Part shown: in pieces, positions 8,871 to 16,024 of the stretch | How positions within the stretch are numbered: position 1 is the first letter of the stretch | Layout: each line of letters begins with the position of its first letter | DNA from: Candidatus Saccharimonadales bacterium | GTDB taxonomy: Bacteria; Patescibacteriota; Saccharimonadia; Saccharimonadales; DATKHC01 | DNA length: 53,190 nt | NCBI GenBank assembly: GCA_035510465.1 | Contig: DATKHC010000014.1 | Coordinates: forward strand, 1-53,190 | Reading direction: 5' to 3' | Position numbers and translations under genes: made by a program | Notes under the pieces: model-generated | The model's input: the letters and a program-made list of their open reading frames with translations, nothing else | Databases searched by the model: none | What the model was told of the DNA's origin: nothing

Positions 8871-9109
8871 GATGCGAGCAGCTCTTCGTCGGTCATCTCA
8901 AAGTTATGCAATTTATATGTCCAACCCGCATCTTTGAGGTCATTTAATTTAACAGAGTAATCTGGCTGCTTGAGCTTACTTTGAGGCACAATAGTGCCCA
9001 ACGGCTTTTTATTACGTCCGTATGTTATAACCACCTCGTTGCCCCTTTTCAACTCATCAACTACTGAGGAGAAGTTTGCTTTAAATTTTGCAACCGTCAT
9101 AGTTTTCAT
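8867..9109 (-). CDS. Phd/YefM-family antitoxin
   Basis: MKTMTVAKFKANFSSVVDELKRGNEVVITYGRNKKPLG; upstream of PIN toxin. Confidence 0.88.
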   Translation of the reverse strand: MKTMTVAKFKANFSSVVDELKRGNEVVITYGRNKKPLGTIVPQSKLKQPDYSVKLNDLKDAGWTYKLHNFEMTDEELLAS

Positions 9110-9115
9110 AGCTAT

Positions 9116-9145
9116 ATAATACCAAAATCACGTTTATACTGTCAA
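9116..9145 (-). promoter_or_regulatory. Promoter TTGACA-N18-TATTAT, leaderless antitoxin mRNA
   Basis: -10 ends 6 nt before ATG 9109; no SD. Confidence 0.7.
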
Positions 9146-9157
9146 GTTGTTACTTTC

Positions 9158-9190
9158 GTGGCAAGCCATGATGGACGATGTTAGAACTAG
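9158..9190. repeat. Diverged copy of conserved-loop hairpin motif (core TGATRRACGAKGTTAGA)
   Basis: TGATGGACGATGTTAGAAC at 9169-9187 resembles the 12417 and 12963 copies; flanked by an AGCCAT/ATGGCT stem. Confidence 0.55.
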
Positions 9191-9200
9191 AATGGCTGGC

Positions 9201-9557
9201 TTAAATATTTTGTCGGAGGATTCGTGATGTACTTGCTAGCTCGCCTAAGCTAGGTAAAGTTCTTTGTGTAACAGGAACTTGTCCTGGAGCTAGGTCTATA
9301 TCAAACGCATCCACAGTGGTTCCGTTGTACTCACCGTTAATCCATCTAAGAGTTTCGCCACGTCTTATACGAACCCTCATTTCAGCAGGTACATCATTTA
9401 ATTGAAAAGTGATTATAGCTTCATTACTAATTTCTTGTTTAGTGGAAACCATGCGTGCGTCAAACGTTTCATTGTCCAAAGCGATGACTTCACCTTCCCA
9501 GTCTTCTAAAATGCTAAATTCACTCTTGCTATGCTCATACATAATCAAATTATACAT
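9201..9557 (-). CDS. Hypothetical protein (true start probably ATG 9542)
   Basis: 118-aa ORF; TATAAT lies 6 nt before the second ATG. Confidence 0.55.
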   Translation of the reverse strand: MYNLIMYEHSKSEFSILEDWEGEVIALDNETFDARMVSTKQEISNEAIITFQLNDVPAEMRVRIRRGETLRWINGEYNGTTVDAFDIDLAPGQVPVTQRTLPSLGELASTSRILRQNI

Positions 9558-9585
9558 TCAACGATAACTTTAAACATAAGAATAT

Positions 9586-9660
9586 TGGCAGGGGTGGTCG
9601 GACTCGAACCGACAGCACGACTTTTGGAGAGTCGCCGCTTACCAATTAACGGACACCCCT
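9586..9660 (-). tRNA. trnW: tRNA-Trp(CCA)
   Basis: AGGGGTG acceptor, anticodon arm CGACT-CTCCAAA-AGTCG, GTTCGAGTC T-loop, encoded CCA end. Confidence 0.95.
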
Positions 9661-9741
9661 TTCACGTTAAGCTAGTGATATCATACCCGACTTGGGTTTT
9701 GACTGCCATTTTTGATTTTAAGAGCGTTAAACAGTTCGGAT

Positions 9742-9948
9742 TTAATGTTTTCTAGGTTTAACTTCGTTTCGACCTAAGTTTTTCTTAGTCTCTGTAAATA
9801 GGACATGCTTTCGTAGCACTGGATCATACTTCTTGATACTTAACTTATCAGGAGTATTCATCTGATTCTTAGAGGTATAGTAAACTCGGTGTCCTGTTGC
9901 TTCTGAAACTAGTCCGACTAACTTTCTCTTATCGCCTTTTTTTGTCAT
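9742..9948 (-). CDS. rpmG: 50S ribosomal protein L33, Zn-free (C-minus) form
   Basis: [10 protein letters not shown]...[19 protein letters not shown]; no Cys; adjacent to tRNA-Trp. Confidence 0.93.
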   Translation of the reverse strand: MTKKGDKRKLVGLVSEATGHRVYYTSKNQMNTPDKLSIKKYDPVLRKHVLFTETKKNLGRNEVKPRKH

Positions 9949-9979
9949 AACGCTTTCCTTATTCGATTGTTAAAGCCTA

Positions 9980-9999
9980 ACAGATATGTTCTTATCTGT
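9980..9999. other. Inverted repeat ACAGATA-N6-TATCTGT in the tRNA-Thr/rpmG spacer
   Basis: 7-bp stem conserved in the duplicate at 14350-14369 while the loop differs (TGTTCT vs TGAGCT). Confidence 0.65.
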
Positions 10000-10007
10000 A
10001 AATATAA

Positions 10008-10082
10008 TGGAGCCGAAGACGGGGATTGAACCCGTGACCTCGTCATTACCACTGACGCGCTCTGCCACTGAGCTACTTCGGC
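10008..10082 (-). tRNA. trnT: tRNA-Thr(GGT), fully paired copy
   Basis: Acceptor GCCGAAG/CTTCGGC; anticodon arm CGTCA-GTGGTAA-TGACG; CCA end. Confidence 0.92.
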
Positions 10083-10133
10083 TTAAAAGCCATGATTCCT
10101 GATTATTTTACACTACCACAATACTTCAGGATA

Positions 10134-10793
10134 TTAATCCTCGGACAATGGTGCTTCAGGCGGATCTGGCCAACCCTCCCGCATACGTCTATTAAACTCT
10201 TCCTTCTCAAGCGGGATGTCTTTTTTAAGTAACCAGTGATGAGTTATGTCTATAGAGTAAATGGGGTTAACTTCACCTCGTAAAAGTGCAACCAAAGAAT
10301 GTACGTCTTGGTCTGCTCTCAGTAGTTGTCGTACACCAAATACGGAACCCATGGTTGTGCCGACATCTTCGCCAATCCTGGGTCTCTTTGCAGATAGAGC
10401 TATCTCCGCATCTTCTTCATTTCTAAACTCAAACTTATACTCTGATTTCTTACTTCCTGGGGCCCTTCTGGGATGTATGACAGGTATTTTGAGCTCATAC
10501 CCAAGAATGGTCATAAAATCCCTCCAACCCTCAGGAGGATCCAACAAAAGGTCCGCATCTTTAATACAGGGAAAAGTTGCGAAGTGACCTAACAAAACAT
10601 CAAACTGTCTACGATGTCTGTATAACATCTCGGCATCTACCTTAAGCGTTGATTGAACACCAGAGGCAAACGCGAACTCACCCTCCTTGAAAGCTCCGGC
10701 ACTTAAAAAAGCTTCCCATGTTTCTTCAGTGGTTCGCTGGCTATCAAAGCCCGCTTTTTCAAGATCAGCACATACTGGTATTAGATCACTCAT
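10134..10793 (-). CDS. Type I phosphoribosyltransferase, orotate-PRTase (PyrE)-like
   Basis: FAFASGVQSTLKVD resembles the PyrE F.L.SG..S..Y.D motif; PRPP loop RIGEDVGTTMGS. Confidence 0.7.
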   Translation of the reverse strand: MSDLIPVCADLEKAGFDSQRTTEETWEAFLSAGAFKEGEFAFASGVQSTLKVDAEMLYRHRRQFDVLLGHFATFPCIKDADLLLDPPEGWRDFMTILGYELKIPVIHPRRAPGSKKSEYKFEFRNEEDAEIALSAKRPRIGEDVGTTMGSVFGVRQLLRADQDVHSLVALLRGEVNPIYSIDITHHWLLKKDIPLEKEEFNRRMREGWPDPPEAPLSED

Positions 10794-11221
10794 AGATTCC
10801 TTACAAGGTTACAAAATTCTTGAGAAAACTTAAACTTTAAAAGATCTGCTGCTTTGTTCGGCGAAAACCAACCAAACTTATCCTCTCGAATGTCTTTAGC
10901 TAACTCTATCAGTTTCGTATTGGCCACATTCACAGAGTAAACCATAGACACTAGTGGCAAAAGGACGCCATTCACTGGAATCGTTATATTCGTTAAAACT
11001 CCCATTAGTTGTTTGGGTTTGCCAATATAACTAATGTTCAATTCTTCTTTGAGTTCTCTTTTTGGGGTTTGAGTGAACGTTTCACCCGGGTCCATTCTTC
11101 CACCTGGTAAGTCCCAGTGAGAGGGTATATGCCCCCACTCTGGTATGTGGACCATAAAAATTTCGTCTATACCATTTCGGATAAGCCCTTTGATATTAAT
11201 CTGAAATATTTGTTCTGCCAT
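10790..11221 (-). CDS. NUDIX hydrolase
   Basis: WDLPGGRMDPGETFTQTPKRELKEELNI Nudix box. Confidence 0.88.
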   Translation of the reverse strand: MAEQIFQINIKGLIRNGIDEIFMVHIPEWGHIPSHWDLPGGRMDPGETFTQTPKRELKEELNISYIGKPKQLMGVLTNITIPVNGVLLPLVSMVYSVNVANTKLIELAKDIREDKFGWFSPNKAADLLKFKFSQEFCNLVRNL

Positions 11222-11273
11222 TTACGCTAATCGTTATTTTTTATATAAATCTGTATAAGGGGTTAGGATTTTA

Positions 11274-11701
11274 TTAGTCAATTCCAGCATATACAATGCC
11301 ACCTAAATAGCACTCAATTGCTAATCTGCTTGCGTCGAAGTGCGGCTGAGGAAGATCTCTTGGGTTTGACCATAAGATCTCTTCACACTTATCAGGCTCC
11401 AATATTTTCGGTTCTCCGTCGAACACTTCTGCTAATAAAATAATCGATATAAAATGCACTCCTTCGGTTCTAAACGTTTCCAGATTATTAGTAACAGCGA
11501 TTACTCTTGGTTTAACGATAGTTATACCGTGCTCTTCCTCAACTTCGCGAACAGCGCCATCTTCAAACGTTTCGCCAAATTTTAAACTTCCGCCGGAATT
11601 GAATAGAATGGAGCGTGGCTACTCTTTCTTTTACCAATAAGAACTTCGCCCTGCTCGTTTTTTATAATTACACCTAATCCTACTCCGGGCGTTTTAGCCA
11701 T
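11274..11701 (-). pseudogene. NUDIX hydrolase with a one-base frameshift near 11592-11597
   Basis: ATG 11701 gives MAKTPGVGLGVIIKNEQGEVLIGKRKSSHAPFYSIP; adding one base restores GGSLKFGETFEDGAVREVEEEHG, continuing into ORF 11274-11459. Confidence 0.85.
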
Positions 11702-12029
11702 AATGCAATTTGCTTAGTTAAACAACACTGTCTTGAATATATCATTATATCCCGGCTCCTCACTAATTCAGTGCCTGAAACACTTCAATACCTAATCTAC
11801 CGTTATAAGCAGATGGCCTACGCAACGAGTAATTACTTCAAAACTGTCAGTTTGCTTATTACATGGTTCCAAAGTTTACGGAAATGCTTATCAAGCTGCT
11901 TGCTGCTTCATCGCTGTCTACGAAAGCATCTACCGGGCCTAACACGGCATTACTAACGGTGGCCGATTGTTCTTGAGTCAAAGTTATATTATTGTTACGC
12001 AAGCAGACAATCAAATGTGTCTTCTTGAC

Positions 12030-12320
12030 TTACCGGGAATGATCTTCTTTGTGTTTTTCCTGCCACTCCTTGATTTTAGCCAAATCTTTTCCAAGAGCCT
12101 TTGCTACCAACTTCTCAACGATCTCTTTAGCCTTTGACTCATCAACACCCTTCTCGTCGAGAACTAGACGCAGCTTGCTTAGCTTGAATGAGACTTTTTT
12201 AACTGACCAAATTAATGTCTCGTCAATTTTTTCCTCTGGAATACCAAGCTCAACTAACTTCTTTGTCCACTTTGCTTTTTTCTCTTCATCCATTTCTTTC
12301 ATATTATCTTTGTCCCACAT
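12030..12320 (-). CDS. Small highly charged helical protein, hypothetical
   Basis: 96 aa; SD AGGAG; internal repeat LVELGIPEEKIDE / LDEKGVDESKAKE. Confidence 0.65.
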   Translation of the reverse strand: MWDKDNMKEMDEEKKAKWTKKLVELGIPEEKIDETLIWSVKKVSFKLSKLRLVLDEKGVDESKAKEIVEKLVAKALGKDLAKIKEWQEKHKEDHSR

Positions 12321-12408
12321 AATTTCTCCTGTTCTGGTTTATTACTTAACTCACTTAAGTTAACCACGTCTTTCATGCTATTAGCCTGTATAAAAATCAA
12401 AAGTTCTG

Positions 12409-12441
12409 GTGCAGCGTGATGAACGAGGTTAGAGTGCTACT
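12409..12441. repeat. 33-bp repeat / conserved-loop hairpin, copy A
   Basis: GTGCAGCGTGATGAACGAGGTTAGAGTGCTACT; 30/33 identical to 12955-12987. Confidence 0.85.
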
Positions 12442-12449
12442 ACAAACTA

Positions 12450-12941
12450 CTATAGTGGGAGTTCTCTAACTTCACAAAACCTTGGGGTAAACCTTTCACT
12501 TTCGTCCGTATAAACACCAAGTTCTTGGCAAATGGCGGCTATAAGAAAAGCGTGTGTAATCCAAATTTTTTCAATAGGTGGTTTTTCAATTATTGATTTA
12601 GCTGCATTTATAGTTGCTTCTGGAGGACGCCTTGCAGCCAATGCCTCCCGAACTTGCTCATCACTCAACCCACCCTTTTCCTCGTTAAGCTCTGGATATA
12701 TAGATAGTCTCCGAAACCCTGCAATAATTGCTGTTTCTTGTGTGCGCCGCATCATAGTAACGGCCACTGGCTCTGTAGCTACATCTATACCAAACCGCAC
12801 AGCCAATAATCCTCCTAGTTCTGAGGACTGTTCTCTTCCTTTTGGCATTAAAGGAGCTTCAGTATTGCCAAATGCTGGCGTACCATAGTTTTCGTAATTA
12901 TTGGCCTCTGATAGACCATGTCTTGCAACAAGTTTTGACAT
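12450..12941 (-). CDS. Histidine phosphatase (PGM superfamily)
   Basis: LVARHG catalytic motif, RRTQETA, WITH. Confidence 0.85.
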   Translation of the reverse strand: MSKLVARHGLSEANNYENYGTPAFGNTEAPLMPKGREQSSELGGLLAVRFGIDVATEPVAVTMMRRTQETAIIAGFRRLSIYPELNEEKGGLSDEQVREALAARRPPEATINAAKSIIEKPPIEKIWITHAFLIAAICQELGVYTDESERFTPRFCEVRELPL

Positions 12942-12954
12942 ATTACAAATATCT

Positions 12955-12987
12955 GTGCAGCGTGATAAACGAGGTTAGAACGCTACT
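12955..12987. repeat. 33-bp repeat / conserved-loop hairpin, copy B
   Basis: GTGCAGCGTGATAAACGAGGTTAGAACGCTACT; on the minus strand GTAGCGT pairs with ACGCTGC. Confidence 0.85.
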
Positions 12988-13004
12988 GATTAATGAGCAT
13001 ACAA

Positions 13005-13331
13005 TTATAGCTTCTTAAAAAATAGCTTTTTAGATTTCGGGTTGAGCACGGTTGAATTTGTATTGGTTCCAGAATTGCCCCGCCATTCATCCAGTTGTTC
13101 TGTCTCACTTGGAGCGCCAACTATAGAACGAATACGCTGAGGTGTTGTCTCTTCCATAGGGCTGTAGCTAATCTCATCTGTGACAGTTTCCATAACCGCA
13201 TTGAGTACGCCTATTTTTCCACTAGATAAGGCTGTTACTTCATCTAACAGTTCTGGAAAAATCTGTAGCTGCATAGCAAAAGTTCTTGCTGCTTGTTCAA
13301 ACGATAGAACTCGTTGTCTCGCTTGCTCCAT
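13005..13331 (-). CDS. Hypothetical protein (ORFan)
   Basis: 108-aa ORF with its own promoter. Confidence 0.55.
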   Translation of the reverse strand: MEQARQRVLSFEQAARTFAMQLQIFPELLDEVTALSSGKIGVLNAVMETVTDEISYSPMEETTPQRIRSIVGAPSETEQLDEWRGNSGTNTNSTVLNPKSKKLFFKKL

Positions 13332-13340
13332 ATTATCTAT

Positions 13341-13369
13341 ACTGTAGCATATCCGTAACCGCTAGTCAA
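13341..13369 (-). promoter_or_regulatory. Promoter TTGACT-N17-(TGc)TACAGT
   Basis: 9 nt upstream of ATG 13331. Confidence 0.6.
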
Positions 13370-13471
13370 GTTGGTGCTCCTGAATTCTAGCCCGAAACGC
13401 AATTAAAAGAGGACATCTCACTAAGTTCCGTACACTAGGAGTTACTAAGCAACTAGTAAAGGAGAAGTGAA

Positions 13472-13726
13472 ATGTCCCATAGTCATCTTACTCGTGATCA
13501 ACGTAGTGAGCTAGGTATCCTAAAGAGTGCTGGTTACTCACAACAAGATATTGCTCACCTCATAGGTGTCCATCCTAGTACTGTTAGTAGAGAGATAGCT
13601 CGCTGTAGAACAAATCTACAGCTATGCCGATCTACTTTGCTCACCCCTACCATTCATGGAAGAGAGGTACTAACGAGAACACCAATGGCTTACTTAGACA
13701 GTACTTCCCAAAGAGAACAGCCTTAG
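13472..13726 (+). pseudogene. IS30 transposase N-terminal HTH fragment
   Basis: SHLTRDQRSEL...SQQDIAHLIGVHPSTVSREIAR (HTH_38-like); SD AAGGAG. Confidence 0.85.
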
Positions 13727-13848
13727 CTCATGTTACCCAAGGTCAGCTTGACCAAGCAGTTACACTACTTAATACTAGACCCAGGAAACGACTAGGCTAC
13801 CGAACTCCACGAGAAGTCTTCACTAAGTCTAATTGCAATTCGAACTAG
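13624..13848 (+). pseudogene. IS30 transposase C-terminal fragment (different frame)
   Basis: YFAHPYHSWKRGTNENTNGLLRQYFPK...LNTRPRKRLGYRTP. Confidence 0.9.
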
Positions 13849-13972
13849 AATCTTCCGCGTTGCGTGTCCCGCGTTGTAAATCCAATATTCCCAAGTTTAA
13901 TACATATGGCAAGCAAACTGGAAGCGCTAGAGCAGGCTTCAAGATTTTCTTAGTCTTCTTTCCCGAACCCGT

Positions 13973-14168
13973 AAAGATTTCAGCGTCAAGTCCTGACTGT
14001 CGAATGATAGGTCGAAATGTGCCCAGTGGTATTTCTTTTCTTGGAGTTGGCACTATAACAGTTTTTGAATCCTTACGATATTTAGCATGACTGCCTCGTT
14101 GAGATACGAACATAAAACCTTGATGTTCAAGAAGCTAATAATTTTTTTGATGACAGTAGTTTAGACAC
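13973..14168 (-). pseudogene. HicA-family toxin, frameshifted near its 5' end
   Basis: GTG 14168 gives MSKLLSSKK then leaves frame; the other frame has LEHQGFMFVSQRGSHAKYRK...VIVPTPRKEIPLGTF..IIRQSGL. Confidence 0.8.
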
Positions 14169-14250
14169 GTTGCAGACGGAGAGCGTGGACAGTGGGACGC
14201 TTAACGCTAGTAGATGTAGTAGTATCTTGTGGCATATCTTCTAGGTATAG
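14161..14250 (-). pseudogene. Probable 3' remnant of a HicB-like antitoxin
   Basis: LYLEDMPQDTTTSTSVKRPTVHALRLQRV*; the stop overlaps the hicA GTG; LYLE resembles the HicB EAIELYLE motif (inference). Confidence 0.5.
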
Positions 14251-14318
14251 TAAACTCGATGTCCACTTTCCTTGGACACCAAACCTACTAATTTTCTCTT
14301 ATCACCTTTTTTAGCCAT
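14241..14318 (-). pseudogene. rpmG: Truncated second copy of rpmG (25 codons, then TAG)
   Basis: [25 protein letters not shown] vs intact [28 protein letters not shown]. Confidence 0.92.
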
Positions 14319-14349
14319 AACAACCTACGTCTTTAATTGTTAAAGGTTA

Positions 14350-14369
14350 ACAGATATGAGCTTATCTGT
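14350..14369. other. Inverted repeat ACAGATA-N6-TATCTGT, second copy
   Basis: Same position relative to tRNA-Thr and rpmG as 9980-9999. Confidence 0.65.
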
Positions 14370-14377
14370 AAATAAAA

Positions 14378-14452
14378 TGGAGTCGTTGACGAGGATTGAA
14401 CTCGTGACCCCCTCCTTACCATGGAGGTGCTCTACCACTGAGCTACAACTGC
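14378..14452 (-). tRNA. trnT: tRNA-Thr(GGT), second copy with two acceptor-stem mismatches
   Basis: Anticodon arm CCTCC-ATGGTAA-GGAGG; acceptor 5' GCAGTTG vs 3' CAACGAC leaves C2:A71 and A3:G70 unpaired. Confidence 0.85.
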
Positions 14453-14647
14453 ATACTAAGAAAGACTTATGATCATTCATAATAGTATACTTCTTGAGAA
14501 TTATACTTAAAACTCTCTTGTAAGGAAGAAGTTTGAGGCAAGCAAGGCGAACAATATGATTAACCTTGTAGAATTTCTATTATGTTTAGTATAGAATAGC
14601 CATAAGCACGCTAATACTAAGCAATAGACTAGTATTTAGAGACAATA

Positions 14648-15889
14648 ATGCAAATTAGAGACAAGATAAAAAAGTTTAAACCGAGTAAAAAGCTATCAAG
14701 CCTTCGATTTTCCACTGGAATTGTTGTTTGTCTACTAGCAGCTTTAATAGGAGCCAGATTATTATTTGGTGCTCATGCAGAAGGACCATATGTGTCTTTT
14801 GAGGCAGAGAGTGGCACCGTTGTAAGTCCGGCAGTAATCTACAAGGATCCCACTGCAAGCAATGGTGAAGCTGTACAATTTGGTAGCAATTCTACTACTA
14901 GTGGTCGAGTTCCGTATGACTGGCCGTTCACCTGGGACTCAATTTGGAATATACCCATTAGCTCTGGCGCCCAGTACGTATCAGCCGGCATAATTGCCAA
15001 TGGGATAGATCAAGAATCGACTTCCGGTGCCGATGACTATGACTCTGTTAACCCGACTTTTCCGGTTAAGACTCTAACTAATGCTCAACTGGCTAACGGC
15101 ACTACCGGTCCGGCGCAGGTCTATTCCGATCCTAGTATGACTGCAGGTGGAGTCTGGGACGACTGTGCGGCATTTCTCGGTACAGATAATATGACCGTTT
15201 ATCAGGGTCAAACCTTGCAGCTAACAGCTGGAGGTAATCCAGGTTTTGGCGGCCAAGCCGATTCTACCCAGCCGCCAGTTACTTTGGAAAGCGCCGGAAC
15301 GGCAGGTTGCCACGGTGGTTCTGGCTTATCTGGGCTAGGAGGGACTTTAACAAACGCTGACTTCTCCTCATCGAGCCCAATCCAACATGCACTTAAAATA
15401 GCCATAGATTGTAATGAAAGCTGTTCCGACAAGGGGAGTGGATACACCTGGCCAGCCACCTCCGCTGATTATCAATACAACGTCTCTGGCACCGCTAATT
15501 ACTACGGCGGAACCAATACAAATGTTCATATGGGATCGTTACTGGCCTTGCCGCCAAGCATCAACCCCTCCTCCTTTTCTAATGCCATAGTCCAAAAATT
15601 AGCTACGGCGACACAAGACTACGGTGCTTATATCGTAGATAATACCGCTAACGGTAGTTTGATGCATGAATCATTTATTACAAACTACAATGCCAACTCA
15701 TACCTGTTGAGCCTAGGTACATCAAACTCGCAAATTATCCAACTAATTGAAGATTTGGAAGTGGTTAATAATAACACCTCATCTACGCCTGGAGGCGGGG
15801 CAATTGGCTCCTCTCGTTATGCGCCATATGCCCCGGCTTTCAATGACGGCACGGATGCACCACCCTCAGTAACAGTTATTTCCCCATAA
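14648..15889 (+). CDS. Large secreted/anchored protein: N-terminal TM/signal, short CBM-like FEAE motif, conserved domain of unknown function
   Basis: 413 aa; YVSFEAESGT...TASNGEAVQF; WPFTWDSIWNIPI; GGSGLSGLGG; QDYGAYIVD; Ser/Thr/Gly/Asn-rich; opposite strand to its neighbours. Confidence 0.8.
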   Translation: MQIRDKIKKFKPSKKLSSLRFSTGIVVCLLAALIGARLLFGAHAEGPYVSFEAESGTVVSPAVIYKDPTASNGEAVQFGSNSTTSGRVPYDWPFTWDSIWNIPISSGAQYVSAGIIANGIDQESTSGADDYDSVNPTFPVKTLTNAQLANGTTGPAQVYSDPSMTAGGVWDDCAAFLGTDNMTVYQGQTLQLTAGGNPGFGGQADSTQPPVTLESAGTAGCHGGSGLSGLGGTLTNADFSSSSPIQHALKIAIDCNESCSDKGSGYTWPATSADYQYNVSGTANYYGGTNTNVHMGSLLALPPSINPSSFSNAIVQKLATATQDYGAYIVDNTANGSLMHESFITNYNANSYLLSLGTSNSQIIQLIEDLEVVNNNTSSTPGGGAIGSSRYAPYAPAFNDGTDAPPSVTVISP

Positions 15890-16024
15890 CCCATCTCCTA
15901 CAAATTGGAAATTGTGACAGCCTTAACTCTTTCATAAGTCTATTTAAGATGTGAGACCGAGACGGTGATAACATTCTTTTATTTTAGTCTTTATTCGGAA
16001 TACGGTTCTAGCGTACCTCATGCT

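Larger units (their letters stand above)
13384..13851 (+). mobile_element. Internally deleted IS30-family element (468 bp) with both terminal IRs
   Basis: IRL ATTCTAGCCCGAAACGCAATTA (13384-13405) vs reverse complement of IRR 13830-13851 ATTCTAGTTCGAATTGCAATTA: 18/22 match. Confidence 0.88.

Noticed and set aside
11760-12029. tmRNA or a coding gene in this gap
   Set aside because: No tRNA-like ends or tag peptide are recognisable; the plus-strand 61-aa ORF and a ~57-codon minus-strand frame have no motif or clear start signals.
12408-12435. Xer dif/pdif site (starts GGTGC, 28 bp, contains GTTA)
   Set aside because: The inner TAA/TTA bases of the XerC and XerD arms are absent; only about half of the XerD arm matches.
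9158-12987. Integron attC array
   Set aside because: A TCTAAC resembling R'' is present, but there is no matching GTTRRRY R' at attC distance on the coding strand, and no integrase is in the window.
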